Below, in pieces: positions 1 through 8,345 of a stretch of 64,000 nucleotides of DNA. A program made the translations under genes and the position numbers. Each line of letters opens with the position of its first letter. The first letter of the stretch is position 1. Source of the stretch: Bacteroidia bacterium (GTDB taxonomy: Bacteria; Bacteroidota; Bacteroidia; NS11-12g; UBA9320); the NCBI GenBank assembly GCA_020053795.1, contig JAGVMN010000003.1, positions 4,891 through 68,890 of the forward strand, in the 5' to 3' direction. The notes beneath the pieces were generated by a model, which was not told where the DNA came from, made no database searches, and was given only the letters and a program-made list of their open reading frames with translations.

Positions 1-2
1 CC

Positions 3-332
3 CCGACCATCGCCCGACTGATTGCCCTTATTGATGAAGGCAAGTTGAGCAACAGCGTTGCAACACAGGTAATTTTTCCGGAGTTGGTGAAAAATCCAAT
101 GTCTGACCCGTTAGAAATAGCAGCCCGATTGAACGTCATCCAAACAAGTGATGCCGGATTCTTACAGGAACTGATAGATGAAGTTTTGACGGCATACCCC
201 GAAAAAGTAGCCGAATACAAAAGCGGCAAAGAGGGATTGCTGGGCTTGTTTGTTGGCGAGGTGATGAAAAAATCTAAAGGCAAAGCCGACCCGAAACTGA
301 CGAATGAGATGCTGAGGGAAAGATTGGGTTAG
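3..332 (+). CDS. gatB: Asp-tRNA(Asn)/Glu-tRNA(Gln) amidotransferase subunit B, C-terminal part (truncated by window edge)
   Basis: Frame open from base 3. C-terminal GatB/Yqey motif (EY+SGKEGLLGLFVGEVMKKSKGKADPK). Confidence 0.9.
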   Translation, partial: PTIARLIALIDEGKLSNSVATQVIFPELVKNPMSDPLEIAARLNVIQTSDAGFLQELIDEVLTAYPEKVAEYKSGKEGLLGLFVGEVMKKSKGKADPKLTNEMLRERLG

Positions 333-721
333 ATCAATTTAGACTTTAACTCCTCAATCTTTATTGAGTTCAATGGCTTATTAATAAAACCAACCACGTT
401 CTTGTATTGTCCTGCCTTTTGCCGATCAGTTTCAGCCAGTGATGACGAAAGCATGACCACTTTTATGTCCTTAATATGGTCTTCAGGAAGCTTGTTAAAC
501 TCCTCTAGAAACTCAAATCCATCCATCACAGGCATGCGTATATCAAGAAATATAATATCTGGTCTTTCTTTAGTGCCAATGAGCTTCTCTTTTAACAGTG
601 ATAGTGCAGCAACTCCTGATTGTGCGACATGGATTTGTTTTGCAATTCCTGATGCTTTAACCTGTCGTTCATTAATGAAATTGGCCACTTCGTCATCGTC
701 AATAAGCAGAATATTTTTCAT
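329..721 (-). CDS. Single-domain response regulator (receiver only)
   Basis: ILLIDDD...PDIIFLDIRMPVMDG...MLSSS...INKPL. ATG at 721 follows the kinase stop; ATG at 730 is an alternative. Confidence 0.9.
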   Translation of the reverse strand: MKNILLIDDDEVANFINERQVKASGIAKQIHVAQSGVAALSLLKEKLIGTKERPDIIFLDIRMPVMDGFEFLEEFNKLPEDHIKDIKVVMLSSSLAETDRQKAGQYKNVVGFINKPLNSIKIEELKSKLI

Positions 722-722
722 C

Positions 723-3700
723 TTAACCATTCGTCTGATTAGGCAGGGCAATGATAAAACGACTTCCTATGCCTGGTGTTGATTCCACCGAGATGTTACC
801 CAACATCTTTTCAACAATTTCTTTACATATATACAAACCCAACCCTGACCCAACAGATTTGTCTGAGTTTCGATAGAACATTTCAAATATTTTCCCCTTT
901 TTATCATTCGGTATCCCTTCTCCATTATCTTCAACTGCTAACACTCCCTTATCAACCGAAGATATAAATGAGAATTTGACAAAGGAATTCTTCTCTTCTT
1001 CGCGGCTGTATTTAATAGCATTGGAAATCAGGTTGTTTATCAAAGTTTGCACCCTCTGTTTATCAGAAATAAATACAACCTTCTCATTAGTGGTAACTGA
1101 AAAACGGATGTTTTGGGCTTTTTTCAAATGTTTCAAATTGTCAACAATGGTATTTGCCATTTCCTTAATATTCAAAGTTTCAGGGATGAGTTTCATTCTT
1201 GAGTTTCTGGAATAATCCAGAATGCTCTGTATGGTGTCATCAACCTGATGGACACTCCTTTTCATCATAGTCAGATAAGAAGCTATTTCTGAGTTCAAAT
1301 CAGCAGCATCGCCGCTTAAATCAATAAGTCCTAAAATTGACATCAGCGGGGCCCTGAGGTCGTGAGAAGTGCTATAGACAAACTGGTCAAGTTCTTCATT
1401 TATTTTCTTAAGCTCCTTATAATTACTTTCCAGTTCTTGCTGGGCCTTTTTGTGCTCGGACACATCAATAACCACGCCTTCGATAATTTGAGATCCTGTT
1501 TCTATATCATTTTGTAGAGATGAATTTTCAATAACATATACCGCTTGCCCATTCTTGTGTTTCAGCACCCCCTCTATATACTTTAATTCCCCGGTCTTCC
1601 TCAGACTATTGAGAAAGAACTGACGATCCGTGTCGGCGAAATAAAGGTCCTTTGCTTCCTTCTTAATAAAGTCTTTACTGGAATCATAACCAAGCATTTT
1701 GGCAAAAGCATCATTACAGGTTAGAATCTTTCCCTCAAATGTAGTTTGATAAATTCCTGCCAGATTCCTTTCAAATAACGAACGAAACTTGATTTCACTC
1801 GCTTCTAATTGCTGTTCGGCTTTTTTCAAATCAGTAACATCTGTAACAAATCCTTCCAAATGCAACAGGGTGCCATCGGTATCAAAAACACCAAACCCTC
1901 TTTCCCAAACCCATTTTATTTCCCCTTTTTTGGTTAGAATTCGATATTCAACCTCGTAAGGTTTTTGCCTGTTTAATGCTTCCTGAACCTGTTTCCAAAC
2001 TTGTTCCGAATCTTTAGGGTGGAGCTCCTGGCCGCAGGAGATTGTTCTTTCAACCAGGTATTCATTCTGCGAATACCCGGTTATTTCAAGGACGCTTTCA
2101 CTGATGTATTTAGGTGTATAGTTTTCATCGTTATTAACTTGATATACATACCCGGGCAGGTTTTTGATAATATTCGACAAAAATGCTTCGCTTTTTTGCA
2201 ACGCCTGTTCTGCGGATTTTCGTTTGGAAATGTTCATAACAAAACCGGTAACCCCTTCAACAGTTTTGTTTCTTATAATTGGGTAGAGGAATACCTGAAC
2301 ATACTTGATATCATTTCCAATTGCGTAACTAAATTCAAAGGAAACATTCCTTCGCAGAAGCGTTTCGTCTATTTTTTGCTTCCAAAAATGCTCATCTTCC
2401 AGTGGCATTGCCTGATAAAAAATAATTCCGGTGGTCGGGGTATTTCCACTATAAAGTGAGTACTCATCACCAAATGCTTTGTTGAAAACAATAAGTCGAT
2501 GATTTCTATCCATAGACCAAATCATTTCTGCGGAGTTATCCATTATCTCCTTCAGGTTCTTTTCGCTCTCCTGCAATTTGTCTTTCGACAACATCAGTTC
2601 TGTGAAATCTGTATGAGACACAACAATCTTATCTGAATCATTTCCAAAGTTCATAACCCTGAAAATAAACCATCTTAAGTTATCGGAAGAATGACAAGGA
2701 TATTTCAATTCAAAAGCGGTTTTTTGTTTGTTCAGAACCGAACGGATGCCCGCGAGAGCATCAGAAGCAATTCGATCTCCTGATTCTGCGGCTTTTTCAC
2801 AATGTTCGAAGAAGTTACTTCCCGCTAAAAGCCTTTCAAGGTTGGTATTCCCATTTTTTCTGGCAAAGTCAGCCCAGGATTTGTTTACGGTCAATACGAC
2901 TCCACTTGCATCCATAACTGCAATATGGCTGGTGAGTGAAGACAAAATATTTTTATTAAACGCTTCACTTTCTCTCAGATTATTTTCAACTTTCTTGTTT
3001 TCGCTGATGTCCCTTATACTGCTGATGGCAATAATACCATTGCCCGTTTGGAAATAACTTAAGCCTATATCAACGGGGAATTCGTCTCCGGTTTTTTTTA
3101 CGGCAAAAAGCTCCCTGTTTGCTCCTCCCATCATTCGATTCGTTGGATTTTCGAAATAACCATCCACATGAAATTGATGGGTCAAATGGTATTTAGCGGG
3201 AATCAAAATTTCAATTTTTTTTCTGCTCACCTCTTCTTGTGAATAACCAAAGAGCATCTCAGCTTTTGGATTGAACAGTACAATTTCGCCCTTTTCATTG
3301 ATCCCTATGATGCCATCGGGCGAGGCACTGAACAGCCCTTCAAACAAATGCTTCTGTTCCTGTAACTCCCGGTCTTTTTCTGTCATAAGTTGGTTTTGTT
3401 TTCGAAGACTCCGGTTAGCCATTAATATTACCGAACCGAGAAGGGTCAGAAGCAGCCCCGACAAACTGAAGAATAATATGATCTGAAAACGTTTTGATGC
3501 TACAAAAACCTTCACTTTCATATTCTTAGCATCAACATCTGTTAGGTTAAAATCAAAAATGGAGTTAATGGAATGCTGAAACTCCTGCTTTCGGTTTCTA
3601 TTCTGAGATTCAAAGATGTCTATGGCTGCCTGAGCATCAATCGTACTGAGACGAACCAAATCCATGCGATTCTTAATATTGATACTTCTTTGAGAAACAA

Positions 3701-4055
3701 AGGAATCAAAAAGTTCGCGTTCCTTCAAACTGTTTATTAGTTGCCTGTAAGCCAAAATATACCGACTTGTCTTTTGCAACCCTGATTGTATCTGTTTCTG
3801 TTCTTCCTTTCTTTTTTCATCACTATTGGCATATAATAGCCTGAGAGTAGCCTCCTCAATCAGGTGTGAGGTATGCCGAATATTGGCAATAATTGTCAAT
3901 TTTTCGGTTGTATTTTTTGAAATACCCTGATACAATTTAGTGGTTTGATTCGAAGTATTGATAATCGAATAAGAGGTGATGACAATGGTTAGGAAAGAAC
4001 CGATATAGAGCAGTAACAGTAGCTTTTTTAAACCAATTTTAGAGAGAATTTTCAT
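723..4055 (-). CDS. Membrane sensor histidine kinase: four-helix-bundle periplasmic domain, five PAS/PAC domains, HisKA and HATPase
   Basis: Two TM segments, five PAS-like repeats, SHDLRAPL H-box, NLISNAIKY, DNGEG and GSGLGL boxes. Start taken at MKILSK (4055). Confidence 0.9.
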   Translation of the reverse strand: MKILSKIGLKKLLLLLYIGSFLTIVITSYSIINTSNQTTKLYQGISKNTTEKLTIIANIRHTSHLIEEATLRLLYANSDEKRKEEQKQIQSGLQKTSRYILAYRQLINSLKERELFDSFVSQRSINIKNRMDLVRLSTIDAQAAIDIFESQNRNRKQEFQHSINSIFDFNLTDVDAKNMKVKVFVASKRFQIILFFSLSGLLLTLLGSVILMANRSLRKQNQLMTEKDRELQEQKHLFEGLFSASPDGIIGINEKGEIVLFNPKAEMLFGYSQEEVSRKKIEILIPAKYHLTHQFHVDGYFENPTNRMMGGANRELFAVKKTGDEFPVDIGLSYFQTGNGIIAISSIRDISENKKVENNLRESEAFNKNILSSLTSHIAVMDASGVVLTVNKSWADFARKNGNTNLERLLAGSNFFEHCEKAAESGDRIASDALAGIRSVLNKQKTAFELKYPCHSSDNLRWFIFRVMNFGNDSDKIVVSHTDFTELMLSKDKLQESEKNLKEIMDNSAEMIWSMDRNHRLIVFNKAFGDEYSLYSGNTPTTGIIFYQAMPLEDEHFWKQKIDETLLRRNVSFEFSYAIGNDIKYVQVFLYPIIRNKTVEGVTGFVMNISKRKSAEQALQKSEAFLSNIIKNLPGYVYQVNNDENYTPKYISESVLEITGYSQNEYLVERTISCGQELHPKDSEQVWKQVQEALNRQKPYEVEYRILTKKGEIKWVWERGFGVFDTDGTLLHLEGFVTDVTDLKKAEQQLEASEIKFRSLFERNLAGIYQTTFEGKILTCNDAFAKMLGYDSSKDFIKKEAKDLYFADTDRQFFLNSLRKTGELKYIEGVLKHKNGQAVYVIENSSLQNDIETGSQIIEGVVIDVSEHKKAQQELESNYKELKKINEELDQFVYSTSHDLRAPLMSILGLIDLSGDAADLNSEIASYLTMMKRSVHQVDDTIQSILDYSRNSRMKLIPETLNIKEMANTIVDNLKHLKKAQNIRFSVTTNEKVVFISDKQRVQTLINNLISNAIKYSREEEKNSFVKFSFISSVDKGVLAVEDNGEGIPNDKKGKIFEMFYRNSDKSVGSGLGLYICKEIVEKMLGNISVESTPGIGSRFIIALPNQTNG

Positions 4056-4205
4056 TCCATTTGATTCCTTTAAGTCGTTTTTAGAACCTGACTTAAGCTG
4101 CAAAAATGATAAAAACCCTGATGAACGGAAATTTGGCCAAAGTGGTATTGCAACTGCTTGAATTGAACATGTTCGTCATTCATGAATAAGCACATGGTTA
4201 TCCCG

Positions 4206-4892
4206 TTATTCCTGCTCATAAAAGGATTTCAGTTTGTCGGGATTTACAATTACAAATTTTTTATCTCGCTTAAGAACCCAACCATTTTTTGTAAAATCTG
4301 CTAAAATACGGGAAGTGGTTTCTTTACGCAGACCGGTGTACAAAGAAAGTTCATCATTCGTAATTTCGACTTCACACTCATCTTCTTTGCTGGTAAGACT
4401 TATTAACGAAAATGCGACTTTGGTTTTGGCATGGTTACTCATCATTATGACCAGGCGGTTATTGCAGAAAAAAAGTTTTTTCCTCAGTCCTGCCATCATC
4501 ATTTTATTTACCTCAGCGTTCGTGTTGCAAAAAGAGTTTATCAAACCCCTGTCAACCATACAATAGGTAATGGGTTTGGAAACTACACCCGAAAAAGGAA
4601 ATTTTAAAAGGTCGGAGAAATATGCCAACATACAAAGTTCACCCGGCTTTATGAAGTCAACAATGCCTTCTCTGTTGTCATGGTTTTCCTTCATCATTTT
4701 TATCATTCCTGAACGCAATATCGGGAGACTGATTATGGTGTCGCCTTCGAGAAATAAAAATTGATTTTTCCCCGCTTTTCTTGGAGTTTTTTGAAGATTT
4801 AATGCATTTTTTTGCTCAGTGGTCAAATAAACGTAAATGCACTTTTGATTCAAGGTACATGAATGACAATTGAGACTTTTTATTTCCGGCAT
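4206..4892 (-). CDS. Crp/Fnr family regulator, FNR-type (putative 4Fe-4S sensor)
   Basis: C9-x2-C12-x5-C18 plus C111. cNMP-like domain and HTH with ETTSR recognition helix. Confidence 0.85.
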   Translation of the reverse strand: MPEIKSLNCHSCTLNQKCIYVYLTTEQKNALNLQKTPRKAGKNQFLFLEGDTIISLPILRSGMIKMMKENHDNREGIVDFIKPGELCMLAYFSDLLKFPFSGVVSKPITYCMVDRGLINSFCNTNAEVNKMMMAGLRKKLFFCNNRLVIMMSNHAKTKVAFSLISLTSKEDECEVEITNDELSLYTGLRKETTSRILADFTKNGWVLKRDKKFVIVNPDKLKSFYEQE

Positions 4893-4943
4893 TTGTATTT
4901 TTACAAAGAATTGACAAACGTAGAAAAATAATAAAATTCAAAA

Positions 4944-4957
4944 TTGATTTAAATCAA
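4944..4957. promoter_or_regulatory. FNR-box consensus site upstream of the FNR-like gene
   Basis: TTGATTTAAATCAA equals TTGAT-N4-ATCAA, about 50 bp upstream of the start at 4892. Confidence 0.75.
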
Positions 4958-5000
4958 CAACAGTGGTCTAAAAGACTTTGTTTGATTAAGAGTAAATCTT

Positions 5001-5032
5001 AAAAAAAACCCGCAAAAGTTATTTGCAGGTTT
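5001..5032 (-). terminator. Intrinsic terminator after the lipoprotein gene
   Basis: Minus strand AAACCTGCAAA-taact-TTTGCGGGTTT followed by a T run. Confidence 0.65.
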
Positions 5033-5056
5033 CCCGTGATTAAGATTTGGGCTGAC

Positions 5057-5482
5057 CTATCGCGTATAGTTATAATTATTCTTTTTGCCTCCGGCCGTAA
5101 ATTCAACATTGTAATTTGTCTCTGTCAGTTTTTTGATATCCCACCAATAGGAGACCGTTGATCCGCCGAAACTAAAACTGACAGTTAGTGAATTTGAGTC
5201 GAGGTCATTGAATACAAAATTTCCGAGTTGTTTCCAATTGCCTTGTTCCAAAAACATAAATGTCCCATTTTCATTAAACAGATATCTGCCGGTACCATCT
5301 GTTGTTTTTTGAACATCATCCTCAAATGTTTCTTTTAAAACCCATTCGTTGGCTATTAGCGACAACTGTGATTTCTTTGCCGGAGTTGGGTTTTTAGGTT
5401 GGGTCGGTTCAACGGTCTCATCTTTGCAGGCGTAAACCGTGGTACACAGCAAAGCAATGTAAATAAGTCTTTTTGTCTTCAT
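5057..5482 (-). CDS. Lipoprotein, lipocalin-like domain
   Basis: Lipobox (VYA-C) after a short signal. LIANEWVLKE resembles the GxW lipocalin start; beta-rich. Confidence 0.7.
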   Translation of the reverse strand: MKTKRLIYIALLCTTVYACKDETVEPTQPKNPTPAKKSQLSLIANEWVLKETFEDDVQKTTDGTGRYLFNENGTFMFLEQGNWKQLGNFVFNDLDSNSLTVSFSFGGSTVSYWWDIKKLTETNYNVEFTAGGKKNNYNYTR

Positions 5483-5528
5483 GTCTTTTTTTGATTTAGT
5501 TAAATTTAGTTAAAGAGGCAGGTGAGAA

Positions 5529-5557
5529 GCAACGTGTTGCAGGTGCAAAGCGTCTAA
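5529..5557 (+). promoter_or_regulatory. Possible ECF-sigma promoter toward the LytTR gene
   Basis: GCAAC-N17-CGTCTAA. Confidence 0.35.
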
Positions 5558-5570
5558 GGTGTTCATTAGT

Positions 5571-5621
5571 GACCAACAGGAAGAACTGGACAATGAATGG
5601 CAAATTTTCGTTGACGAACCG
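5571..5621 (-). promoter_or_regulatory. Three 9-bp repeats at exact 21-bp phase (LytTR-type operator)
   Basis: Plus strand GACCAACAG (5571), AATGAATGG (5592), GACGAACCG (5613), with 12-bp spacers. Confidence 0.6.
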
Positions 5622-5718
5622 TAGAGTAAGAAACACCATATAAACTACTTTTAAAATGAAATTGTCATCGGCGTCAAAAATTTGAATCCCAAAAAATGTT
5701 AACCGGCAATGAGAAAAT

Positions 5719-6420
5719 ATGAAACCAATTAAGTTGCGTTGTATTGTAGCTGATGATACAGCGTTGGCACGTCGCCAAATCATCCGGCAATTGGGAAAAA
5801 TTAGGGAAATAGAAATAGTTGGAGAGGCCGAAACGATTGATTCATTAATTGAAGCCAATGACAATCATAAGCCCGATCTGATATTTATGAATGTCATACT
5901 TAGAAACAAGAGTGCTTTAGACTATCTGCCCAAAACCAGCAAAAAACCCATGGTGATATTTGTCACTGAACATAGCAACTATGCTCTTTCGGGTTACGAA
6001 ATCAGTGCCGTTGACTATTTGCTAAAACCCGTTTCCGATGAAAGATTGGTTCAAAGCATAGAGAAAGCTATAAAACAATTTTCTGATTCGCTTTCGTTTC
6101 CTCTGATTTCCAATTTGGACCTATTCCTAAAAAGTAATGGCAAGTACTATCGGATCATGGCCTCTGAAATTCTGTTCGTCAAAAGCCTGGAAAACTATGT
6201 GGTTGTCTATCTGGACAACAGGAAACTCATTTGCAAAATAACGCTGGAGCAAATACTGCGAATGTTGCCACAAAACCTGTTCATACAGGTACATCGTTCC
6301 TATATAGTAAATGCTCAAAAAATTGATTGTATTGAAAAACTCAATATTCATATTAAGGATGAGATCGTTCCTATCAGCAGGGACAGGAGGTGCGAAATTT
6401 ATGATCGGTTAATGCGGTAA
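5719..6420 (+). CDS. LytTR family response regulator with atypical receiver (Asp to Asn)
   Basis: Receiver (ADD...PDLIFMNV...FVT...LLKPV) plus LytTR domain (FIQVHRSYIVN). Confidence 0.9.
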   Translation: MKPIKLRCIVADDTALARRQIIRQLGKIREIEIVGEAETIDSLIEANDNHKPDLIFMNVILRNKSALDYLPKTSKKPMVIFVTEHSNYALSGYEISAVDYLLKPVSDERLVQSIEKAIKQFSDSLSFPLISNLDLFLKSNGKYYRIMASEILFVKSLENYVVVYLDNRKLICKITLEQILRMLPQNLFIQVHRSYIVNAQKIDCIEKLNIHIKDEIVPISRDRRCEIYDRLMR

Positions 6421-6495
6421 GATAGGGGCGACTGTCGTATTTAGGATAAGAAATTCGGTCACAAGAGTTTCCGGAAAATTGTGTGACTCATAGAT

Positions 6496-7401
6496 TTACA
6501 GTGATGGGAAATATGAATGCCGCCAATTACAATTAATTTTTAGTGCATTTTGGACTTCACCTAAGTCGGCCAATAAACATGTAATCGTAATGGTCTTGCC
6601 ACTTTTTAGTTTGATTCTCAAATAATTAAAACTCTTTTCGTTTTGAAATTCTTTGCCTGAATAAATAATCAAACAATCTGCTATTTGATCCCTGCCAAAT
6701 ATTAGTTGACCATAACGATCAGAATACATGACCTTTTTCGTTTCATTGCCGATCATCAGCACAGCGTTGAAATTTTGAATTGAATAAGTAACAAAAAGAA
6801 ACAGATCACCTCCCCAAATCAAAATAGCTATCATTTGAAGAAATAGCAAAAACAACAATTCCGATTCTTGCGGGGGATTAACATAAAACAACATCAAGAA
6901 AGTCAAATTCGCCAACAATACAATTATTGGCCACCTCAAATATTGCCACTTTCTTCGATCATTGAAACTATACTGCAAAATTTCATCCGGTATTTCTATT
7001 TCACTCTCCTCCGCATTTTCACCTGAAATATCGTAATCTACTTCAATCACTTCCTCAATATTCTGATTAAAAAACATATCTATATAGTCTTCGGGCCCAT
7101 TTCCATTTGGGTTTAACAGAATATCATTTGACAAGATGAGATGTGCAGAGCCTCTATCGTTTTCATAAATGATTTGAAAGGATTTCAAATTGTTGGCATA
7201 TATAGAAAGTCTATTCAGGTTTTCATCTGTAAGAATCATGGAGGGTACAGTTGATGCCCATTCTCGTTGCGTTAATTCCTCAATTTGATCCTCCCATGGG
7301 AAATTATGAAATGCGATGATGCATTCTTCAAGAGTGACCTCACCCATGGATTCAATTTGATCTTCAAACAAGTGCAATTTTTTAATTTCAAGCGTAATCA
7401 T
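6496..7401 (-). CDS. Hypothetical membrane protein (acidic N-terminal domain, two TM helices, soluble C-terminus)
   Basis: 301-aa ORF with an acidic linker and a hydrophobic pair. No family recognised. Confidence 0.65.
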   Translation of the reverse strand: MITLEIKKLHLFEDQIESMGEVTLEECIIAFHNFPWEDQIEELTQREWASTVPSMILTDENLNRLSIYANNLKSFQIIYENDRGSAHLILSNDILLNPNGNGPEDYIDMFFNQNIEEVIEVDYDISGENAEESEIEIPDEILQYSFNDRRKWQYLRWPIIVLLANLTFLMLFYVNPPQESELLFLLFLQMIAILIWGGDLFLFVTYSIQNFNAVLMIGNETKKVMYSDRYGQLIFGRDQIADCLIIYSGKEFQNEKSFNYLRIKLKSGKTITITCLLADLGEVQNALKINCNWRHSYFPSL

Positions 7402-7539
7402 CCCCAGTCATTGTTACTCTGTTAAACCGTATAAAGTCACCACTCTGCACATTTCAATTGACTCCCATCTTCTATTTCACATTTCTAAAGTCAACATATT
7501 TATGATACTGCATCTAATTTTCTTAGTTCAAAATTTTAT

Positions 7540-8214
7540 TCAATTTGAACGCATTAGATGTTTGATAGAAACCAAATGAGCAAGTATCACAATTGGCACC
7601 ACCAAACCGGGCAGAAACAGGAAGGGGAAATACAGCACCGCAATATTGGGCTGATCAAAGGCAAATTGCTGGAAATCAAAAGGAACGGACAAAACAGCAT
7701 TTACAACTATGTTTAGAAGTAAGGCCATGCAAATCAAATTCCACCACAAGATGGCCCTGCGGCCCATTTTCTTGTTCCTATATCCAAAATACCAAACAAG
7801 GGGGGCCGTCATTCCGGCGAGAATATCAAAGTTCCTTCCTTCGAAGGTCATGAGTTGAGGCACCATCTCAAACATGCTCAACCAAAAAAGTACGACTTCT
7901 ACCGGAAACCTGACCGTATGAAGGAGCGTGAGTCTTTCAACGCTTAAACCATCAATAAATTTCCTTCCTCTCATAGTCACAAAAAGAAACAAGATGGTAG
8001 CAAATGGAGGTAAAACCAAAAACAAGATTCTCGGTGGCAAGCCTCTGGTCACTTCATAGAATTCTGAAAGCCCAATAAATGTCTGAAGTATTGTCCATGC
8101 CGTGAATACAATCATGACGATCTTTGATTTACCGGATGCCCAATAAAAACCGGCAACAGTCGAAAGGGTTGTTAACGCAAAGATGACAGAGATAAAAATG
8201 GGCAGACTTTCCAT
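7540..8214 (-). CDS. Hypothetical multi-pass membrane protein
   Basis: Six to seven hydrophobic segments. Start taken at MESLPIF. Confidence 0.75.
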   Translation of the reverse strand: MESLPIFISVIFALTTLSTVAGFYWASGKSKIVMIVFTAWTILQTFIGLSEFYEVTRGLPPRILFLVLPPFATILFLFVTMRGRKFIDGLSVERLTLLHTVRFPVEVVLFWLSMFEMVPQLMTFEGRNFDILAGMTAPLVWYFGYRNKKMGRRAILWWNLICMALLLNIVVNAVLSVPFDFQQFAFDQPNIAVLYFPFLFLPGLVVPIVILAHLVSIKHLMRSN

Positions 8215-8267
8215 TGAAGTATTTATAAAGGTGTAAATTAATACTTTTTGCTCACAAGTATCGGGAA

Positions 8268-8299
8268 TTTTCAAATTTTCAAATTGGCAAATTTTCAAA
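8268..8299. repeat. Four 8-bp tandem units (TTTTCAAA, one TTGGCAAA) between divergent genes
   Basis: Direct reading of the sequence. Confidence 0.7.
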
Positions 8300-8321
8300 T
8301 TAATTGAGGCACAATAATTGT

Positions 8322-8329
8322 TATCTTTG
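8322..8329 (+). promoter_or_regulatory. Bacteroidota -7 promoter element
   Basis: TATCTTTG (TAnnTTTG) just upstream of ATG 8346. Equivalent elements at 9533, 19711, 31210, 38064 and 50271 (plus) and at 12603, 24361, 41744 and 56149 (minus). Confidence 0.7.
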
Positions 8330-8345
8330 CCTGCAAAATTCATTT

